Part shown: in pieces, positions 58,942-64,000 of the stretch
Layout: each line of letters opens with the position of its first letter
Numbering within the stretch: the stretch's first letter is position 1
Source: an uncultured Opitutus sp.
GTDB lineage: Bacteria; Verrucomicrobiota; Verrucomicrobiia; Opitutales; Opitutaceae
Direction: 5' to 3'
DNA: 64,000 nucleotides
Assembly: GCA_964504885.1 (NCBI GenBank)
Contig: CAZDGC010000020.1
Coordinates: 3,552-67,551, forward strand
Position numbers and translations under genes: made by a program
Notes under the pieces: generated by a model
Seen by the model: the letters and a program-made list of their open reading frames with translations, nothing else
Told to the model about the DNA's origin: nothing
The model's database searches: none

Positions 58942-60762
58942 TCACTCCGCCTCCGGGCGGCGCAGCGGGCAGAGGCGCCGGAGCTCCTGCTCCAGCTCCG
59001 CGACCCTGACCGGCTTCGTCAGATAGCCGTTCAACCCCGCCGCCAGGCCCGCCGCGCGCCGCTCGGGGCGTGCATCCGCCGACAGCGCCACCACCGGCAG
59101 GCCCTGCACCGCCGGCCCGGCGTGGCCCGCGCGAATCGCGAGCACCGTGGCCAGCCCGTCCATCTCCGGCAGGTGCATGTCGAGCAGCACGAGATCGAAA
59201 TCCTCGCCGCGCACAATCAGCAGATCGAGCGCCTCCCGTCCGTGGGCGGCGAGGACCGCACGGCAGCCGAGGGTCTGCAGCATGCGCCGGGTGAGGTGCT
59301 GGTTGACCGCATCGTCCTCGACGACCAGCACCCGCAATCCGAGGGCGGCCGCCGGCGCGGCAGCTTCCGGTTCCCGGGCGAGCGCGCCGGCGACCAGGGT
59401 GAAGAGCGAATCGTGGTGGACCGGCTTGTTGACCAGAAAACGGCAATGCCGCCGCAGGGCGGCGCGGAGCTCGTTGGAGAGCCCGATCGGCACGAGCCCG
59501 ATCATCCGCCCGGGACGCCAGCCCGGCGGCTGGGCGGGACGTTCGGCCAGCGCACGCGCCAGCGGCTCGCCCACGTCGACCAGCGCCAGATCCCAGTCCG
59601 CCGCGGGCAGGGGGTCGACGGTGTCGCACTCGCGGACCGAGGCATGCCAGCCGCACAGCAGTCCGGCGATTTCGCGCCGGACCGGCCCCGGCGGCGCGGC
59701 GAGGAGGATCGGCCGGCCCTCCAGATCCTGCACCGGCCGGGTCGCGTTCACAACGGGCACCCGGATGGAAAAGGTGAAGGTCGAGCCCTGGCCGGGTGCG
59801 CTCGCCACCCCGATCTCCCCGCCCATCAGGCCCACCAGGTTGCGGCAGATGGCGAGGCCCAGGCCCGTGCCGCCGTAGCGGCGCGTGGTGGATTCGTCGA
59901 CCTGCGAAAAGGCGCGGAAGAGCCGGTCGTGGTGTTCGGGCGCAATCCCGATGCCGGTGTCGCGCACCGCCAGGACCAGCGTGCACCAGACGGCCGGCGG
60001 CTCCTCCGGCCCGCCGGTCGCAACCGGCGCGGCGGGCGGGGACGGCGGCGGGGCGCTCCCCCGCGCCAGCGTCACTTCGACCTCCCCCTGCTCCGTGAAC
60101 TTCACCGCATTGCCGACCAGGTTGAACAGCACCTGCCGCAGGCGCCCGCCGTCGACCAGCACGGCGGCCGGCACCGCCGGATCAACGCGGTGAATCAACT
60201 CAATGCCCCTGGCTCCCGCCCGCGCGGCGAGCAGATCGAGCGCGTCCTCGATGCAGTCCCGCGGATCGCAGGGCAGCGGATCGAGCTTCAGCCGGCCCGC
60301 CTCGGTGCGCGCAAAGTCGAGGATATCGCCGGTGAGCTGGATCAACGCCTCCGTGCTCATCCGGATCGTCTGCACGTATTCGCGCTGCTCCGCGCTGAGC
60401 GGGGTCTCCAGCAGCAGGCTGGTGAAGCCGACGATGCCGTTGAGCGGGGTCCGCACCTCGTGGCTCATCGTGGCGAGAAACTGACTCTTCGCCCGGTCGG
60501 CCGCCCGCGCCAGCTCCGCCGCCTCGCGCTCGTGCGCCTCCGCCAGCCGCCGGAGCGCCTCGTCCTGCTCCCGGCGCCGTCGCCTCACCCCCCACGCCAG
60601 CCCGGGCACTCCCAGCGCCAGCCAGACCCCGACGGCCGCGAGAGCGCCGTTCTGCCAGACGTGGCCGCGCTGCCACACCGCCCAGCCGGCCCCGAGGCCG
60701 GCCAGGCCGATCGCCAGCGGCCCGAGGAGCCACCGGCGCGGGCGGAAGGAAGGAGCGGCCAT
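58942..60762 (-). CDS. Hybrid sensor histidine kinase/response regulator
   Basis: FLATMSHEVRTPLNG, NLVGNAVKFT, DTGIG, YGGTGLGL, REC VEDD..LLDMHLPEMDG..KP. Confidence 0.93.
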   Translation of the reverse strand: MAAPSFRPRRWLLGPLAIGLAGLGAGWAVWQRGHVWQNGALAAVGVWLALGVPGLAWGVRRRRREQDEALRRLAEAHEREAAELARAADRAKSQFLATMSHEVRTPLNGIVGFTSLLLETPLSAEQREYVQTIRMSTEALIQLTGDILDFARTEAGRLKLDPLPCDPRDCIEDALDLLAARAGARGIELIHRVDPAVPAAVLVDGGRLRQVLFNLVGNAVKFTEQGEVEVTLARGSAPPPSPPAAPVATGGPEEPPAVWCTLVLAVRDTGIGIAPEHHDRLFRAFSQVDESTTRRYGGTGLGLAICRNLVGLMGGEIGVASAPGQGSTFTFSIRVPVVNATRPVQDLEGRPILLAAPPGPVRREIAGLLCGWHASVRECDTVDPLPAADWDLALVDVGEPLARALAERPAQPPGWRPGRMIGLVPIGLSNELRAALRRHCRFLVNKPVHHDSLFTLVAGALAREPEAAAPAAALGLRVLVVEDDAVNQHLTRRMLQTLGCRAVLAAHGREALDLLIVRGEDFDLVLLDMHLPEMDGLATVLAIRAGHAGPAVQGLPVVALSADARPERRAAGLAAGLNGYLTKPVRVAELEQELRRLCPLRRPEAE

Positions 60763-60783
60763 GGCGCGGAGCAGGCGGCGGGC

Positions 60784-60815
60784 AAAAAAAAGCCGCCGCG
60801 ACGGGGCGCGGCGGC
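60784..60815 (-). terminator. Rho-independent terminator of the SWIB gene
   Basis: Minus strand GCCGCCGCG-CCCCGT-CGCGGCGGC followed by T8. Confidence 0.85.
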
Positions 60816-60844
60816 GAAAGTCGAAAGGAACGGCCCGGCGGGCG

Positions 60845-61117
60845 TTACTTCACGAGGTTGTTCGAGACCAGCTTGGTCATCTCGAACATCGAGACCTTGC
60901 TCTTGCCACCGAACACCGCCTTGAGGGCGTCGTCCGCGTTGATCTGGGTCTTCACCTTCTTGTCCTGAAGACCGTGCTTCTTGATGTAGGCCCAGAGCTT
61001 CTTGGTCAGCTCGGTGCGGGGAAGCGGATTCTTGCCCACGACAGCAGCGAGCTTTTCGTTGGGAGTGACCGGCTTCATGAACGCGGCGTTCGGTTTACGG
61101 GCAGCTTTTTTAGCCAT
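60845..61117 (-). CDS. Stand-alone SWIB/MDM2 domain protein
   Basis: LAAVVG..PRTELTKKLWAYIKKHGLQD..INADDALKAVFG..VSMFEMTKLV. Confidence 0.93.
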   Translation of the reverse strand: MAKKAARKPNAAFMKPVTPNEKLAAVVGKNPLPRTELTKKLWAYIKKHGLQDKKVKTQINADDALKAVFGGKSKVSMFEMTKLVSNNLVK

Positions 61118-61201
61118 GATGGTATTTGGGTTTTTGGAATGTTTCCCTCTGAGACGAGATCCCTTCTAGAAGGAAAGATCGGCGATTGCATAGGAAAATC
61201 T

Positions 61202-63109
61202 TCACCCCCTCCCCGGGGGGCTCCCCGCGGCGGTCTCCGCCGGGCGGTCGTCCATCTGCACGAACTGGCGGTACAGCGCCGCGTAGGATCCGCCCCGCGC
61301 GAGGAGCTCCGCGTGGGTGCCGCGCTCGATCACCCGGCCCTGATCGAGCACGAGCACGAGGTCGGCGTGGCGGATCGTGCTGAGGCGGTGCGCGACCACG
61401 AAGCTGGTGCGTCCCCGTAAAAGGGATACGAGGGCGCGCTGCAGGCGGGCCTCCGTGCGGGCGTCGATCGCGCTGGTCGCCTCGTCGAGGATGACCAGCC
61501 GCGGATCGGCCAGCAGCGCGCGCGCGAAACACACGAGCTGGCGCTCGCCCACCGAGAGCGCCGCGCCCCGTTCGCCCACCGGGGTGTCAAAGCCGCGGGG
61601 CAGGCCCTCGAGAAGATCCCGGCAGCCGAGGCGCTCCGCCACCGCGCGCACCTCGTCGCGCGTCGCCTCCGGCCGCGCGAGGCGGATGTTGTCGAGCACC
61701 GTGCCGCTGAAGAGGAAGTTCTGCTGCGGCACGATCCCCATCTGCCGGTGCAACGAGCGGCTGGTGAGCGTGCGGATCTCGCGCCCGTCGATCCACAGCG
61801 CGCCCGCGACCGGCAGGTGAAACTTGGTCACCAGGTTCAGGATCGAGCTCTTGCCGCTTCCGGTGTGGCCCACCAGCGCGATCGCCTGCCCCGGCTCCGC
61901 CGTGAACGTCACGTCGTGCAGCACCGGCCGCGCCGGATCGTACCCGAAGGTCACGCGATCGAACTCGACCCGCACGCCGGCCACCGCGCCACCCCCGCGG
62001 GCCGCCGCCCCCCGCGGATCGGGCAGGTCGGTCGCCTCCGGCGCATCCTCCCAGTCCGGCGGCGCATCGATCAGGCGGAACACCCGCTCCGCCCCGGCCA
62101 TCGCCACCAACGCCTGGTTGTACTGGTTGCCGATGATCGCGATCGGCGCGAAGAACTGGTTCGCCAGCAGGAAGAACGTGATCAGGTCGCCGATGCCCAT
62201 CGCGTCGTGGAACACCCGCCACCCCCCGAAGAGCAGCAGGATCGCCACAAAGAACTGGCTGTTGAGCTCGAGCAGCGGCGTGAGGATCGCCGAGGTGCGC
62301 GCCAGCGCGACGCTGAAACGCGAGTGGTCCGCCAGCAGCTCGCGGAAAAGCCCCGCGTTGGTCTGCTGCCGCACGAAACCCTGCGTCACCCGGATGCCGT
62401 TCACCGACTCCGCCAGCGTCGCCGTCACCCGGCTGAAGCTGTCGCTCGCCGCCCGCGAGTAGTGGCTCAGGCGCACCCGGAAGTGGCGGTTGAGCACCCA
62501 AAGCACGGGCGCGAGGCCGAGCACGACGAGGAACAGCACGAGATCGGACCACGCCATCACCGCGGCCGCAAACAGCATCTGCCCGCCCTGGATGGCGCTC
62601 ACGAAGAGCACGTCCTGGATGCCGACGCGCAGCGCCTCCACGTCGCTCGTCACCCGCCCGATGATGCGCCCCAGCTTCACGCGGTGGAAGAAGCTCATCG
62701 GCTGCCGCTGCACGCGCGCGAACACCTCGGCGCGCAGGCGGTTGACCACCGTCTCGCCGATCTCGAGCGCGTAACGCTGGCGGAAGTGGAACAGGCCGTC
62801 GGTCGTGAGCGCGAGCAACGCATAGCCCGCGACCCCGAGCGCCAGGCCGCGGACCTCCCCGGCCGCGATCGGGCCGGTGATGACCAGCGACACGATCCAC
62901 ACCAGCCCGGGGAGCTGGGCGGCGCGGATGATCGTCAACGCCGACAGCGCCGCCAGCTTGCGGCGCGCCGGCGCAGCGTAGGTGAACAGGCGGCGGATCA
63001 GCGACCACTCCAGCGGCCGCTGCAGCTCCTCCGGCTCGTCATCGTCGCGCCGGCGGCGGATGAGGCCGACGTCGCGGACGGGCGGGGGACTGGCGCCGGG
63101 CGCCGTCAT
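61202..63109 (-). CDS. ABC exporter, fused permease/ATPase
   Basis: TM domain, GHTGSGKS, LSVGERQ, ILDEATS, VAHRLST. Confidence 0.92.
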   Translation of the reverse strand: MTAPGASPPPVRDVGLIRRRRDDDEPEELQRPLEWSLIRRLFTYAAPARRKLAALSALTIIRAAQLPGLVWIVSLVITGPIAAGEVRGLALGVAGYALLALTTDGLFHFRQRYALEIGETVVNRLRAEVFARVQRQPMSFFHRVKLGRIIGRVTSDVEALRVGIQDVLFVSAIQGGQMLFAAAVMAWSDLVLFLVVLGLAPVLWVLNRHFRVRLSHYSRAASDSFSRVTATLAESVNGIRVTQGFVRQQTNAGLFRELLADHSRFSVALARTSAILTPLLELNSQFFVAILLLFGGWRVFHDAMGIGDLITFFLLANQFFAPIAIIGNQYNQALVAMAGAERVFRLIDAPPDWEDAPEATDLPDPRGAAARGGGAVAGVRVEFDRVTFGYDPARPVLHDVTFTAEPGQAIALVGHTGSGKSSILNLVTKFHLPVAGALWIDGREIRTLTSRSLHRQMGIVPQQNFLFSGTVLDNIRLARPEATRDEVRAVAERLGCRDLLEGLPRGFDTPVGERGAALSVGERQLVCFARALLADPRLVILDEATSAIDARTEARLQRALVSLLRGRTSFVVAHRLSTIRHADLVLVLDQGRVIERGTHAELLARGGSYAALYRQFVQMDDRPAETAAGSPPGRG

Positions 63110-63999
63110 GCGCGGCCTTCCCGGAGCCCGAGTTGCTGCAGCCCGCGGTTGTCGACGAGCTGAAGATTGGCCACGTGGAGGTACGGGCCGTCCTCCCGCA
63201 TGAGCTGCTCGTGCGTGCCGCGCTGCACGATCCGGCCGTGCTCGAGCACGACGATGAAATCGGCGCGGCGCAGCGTGCTCAGGCGGTGGGCGACGATGAA
63301 GGTGGTGCGGCCGGCGATGGCGCGATCGAGGGCGGTGAAGATCTCCTGCTCGGTCTCGCTGTCGATCGCGGCGGTGGGATCGTCGAGCAGCAGGATCGCC
63401 GGCTCGAGCAGCACGGCGCGGGCGATCGCCAGGCGCTGGCGCTGGCCGCCGGAGAGGTTGTTGCCCCCCTCGCCGAGCACGGTGTCGTAGCCCTGCGGCA
63501 GGTTGACGATGAAGTCGTGCGCGGCGGCCAGGCGGGCCGCGCGCTCGATCTGCGCCGGCGTCGCCCCGGGGTGACCGAAGGCGATATTGGCGGCGACGGT
63601 GTGGGAGAAGAGGAAGCTCTCCTGGAAAACGAGGCCGATGTTGCGGCGCAGGTCGTCGAGATCGATCTGCCGCGCGTCGATCGCGTCGATCAGGAGCCGG
63701 CCGGCCGTGGGATCGAAGAACCGCGGCACCAGGCTCATCAACACGCTCTTGCCCGCCCCCGTGGCCCCGAGGATCGCCACGCACTGTCCCGGCCGCACGT
63801 GCAGATCGAGGTCCCGCACCACCGCCTGCGCGCCGTCGTACGCGAAGGAAACCCGCTCGAAGCGCACGTCGCCCTGCAGCCGCGGGCGGCGGATCGCGCC
63901 GGGGGCGTTCCTCACCTCGATCGGCGCGTCGAGGATCTCGAACACCCGCCGCGCGCCGATCAATGACTGCTGCACCGAGTTGATGAGGGTCGCGACGTT
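63106..63999 (-). CDS. ABC exporter, fused permease/ATPase (5'-truncated by window), likely heterodimer partner
   Basis: GATGAGKS, LSGGQRQR, LLDDPT (degenerate Walker B), AHRLST. Confidence 0.92.
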   Translation of the reverse strand, partial: NVATLINSVQQSLIGARRVFEILDAPIEVRNAPGAIRRPRLQGDVRFERVSFAYDGAQAVVRDLDLHVRPGQCVAILGATGAGKSVLMSLVPRFFDPTAGRLLIDAIDARQIDLDDLRRNIGLVFQESFLFSHTVAANIAFGHPGATPAQIERAARLAAAHDFIVNLPQGYDTVLGEGGNNLSGGQRQRLAIARAVLLEPAILLLDDPTAAIDSETEQEIFTALDRAIAGRTTFIVAHRLSTLRRADFIVVLEHGRIVQRGTHEQLMREDGPYLHVANLQLVDNRGLQQLGLREGRA

Positions 64000-64000
64000 G

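Overview
Very GC-rich bacterial chromosome segment, most consistent with Verrucomicrobiota/Opitutaceae (stand-alone SWIB protein, PEP-CTERM protein, ECF-FecR-TonB receptor trio, PQQ-propeller, DUF362 and DUF1504 genes; the taxonomy is inference). From left to right: (1) the tail of a less GC-rich module, a DUF3696-type ATPase C-terminus plus a PLD-like HDR protein, that resembles an anti-phage system; (2) a LolD/FtsX-type ABC transporter and housekeeping genes; (3) a minus-strand cell-surface-signalling/glycan-utilisation island (10.3-19.6 kb) with two homologous 77-bp promoter/leader modules, a third antisense copy of the core motif, and a deleted, frameshifted sialidase pseudogene; (4) a ~25-kb Wzy-type exopolysaccharide locus (24.2-49.3 kb) with an embedded PEP-CTERM gene, a split Wzc whose kinase half looks dead, tandem acetyltransferases and an Asp/Asn beta-hydroxylase; (5) Uup, DUF362, a putative antiporter, a secreted ADP-ribosylglycohydrolase, a cytidylyltransferase-GHMP kinase fusion, a hybrid histidine kinase, SWIB and a heterodimeric ABC exporter. 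Two families of short palindromic repeats are dispersed in intergenic DNA. I saw no rRNA, tRNA, CRISPR array, integrase or transposase. All calls are by eye from motifs; no searches were run.
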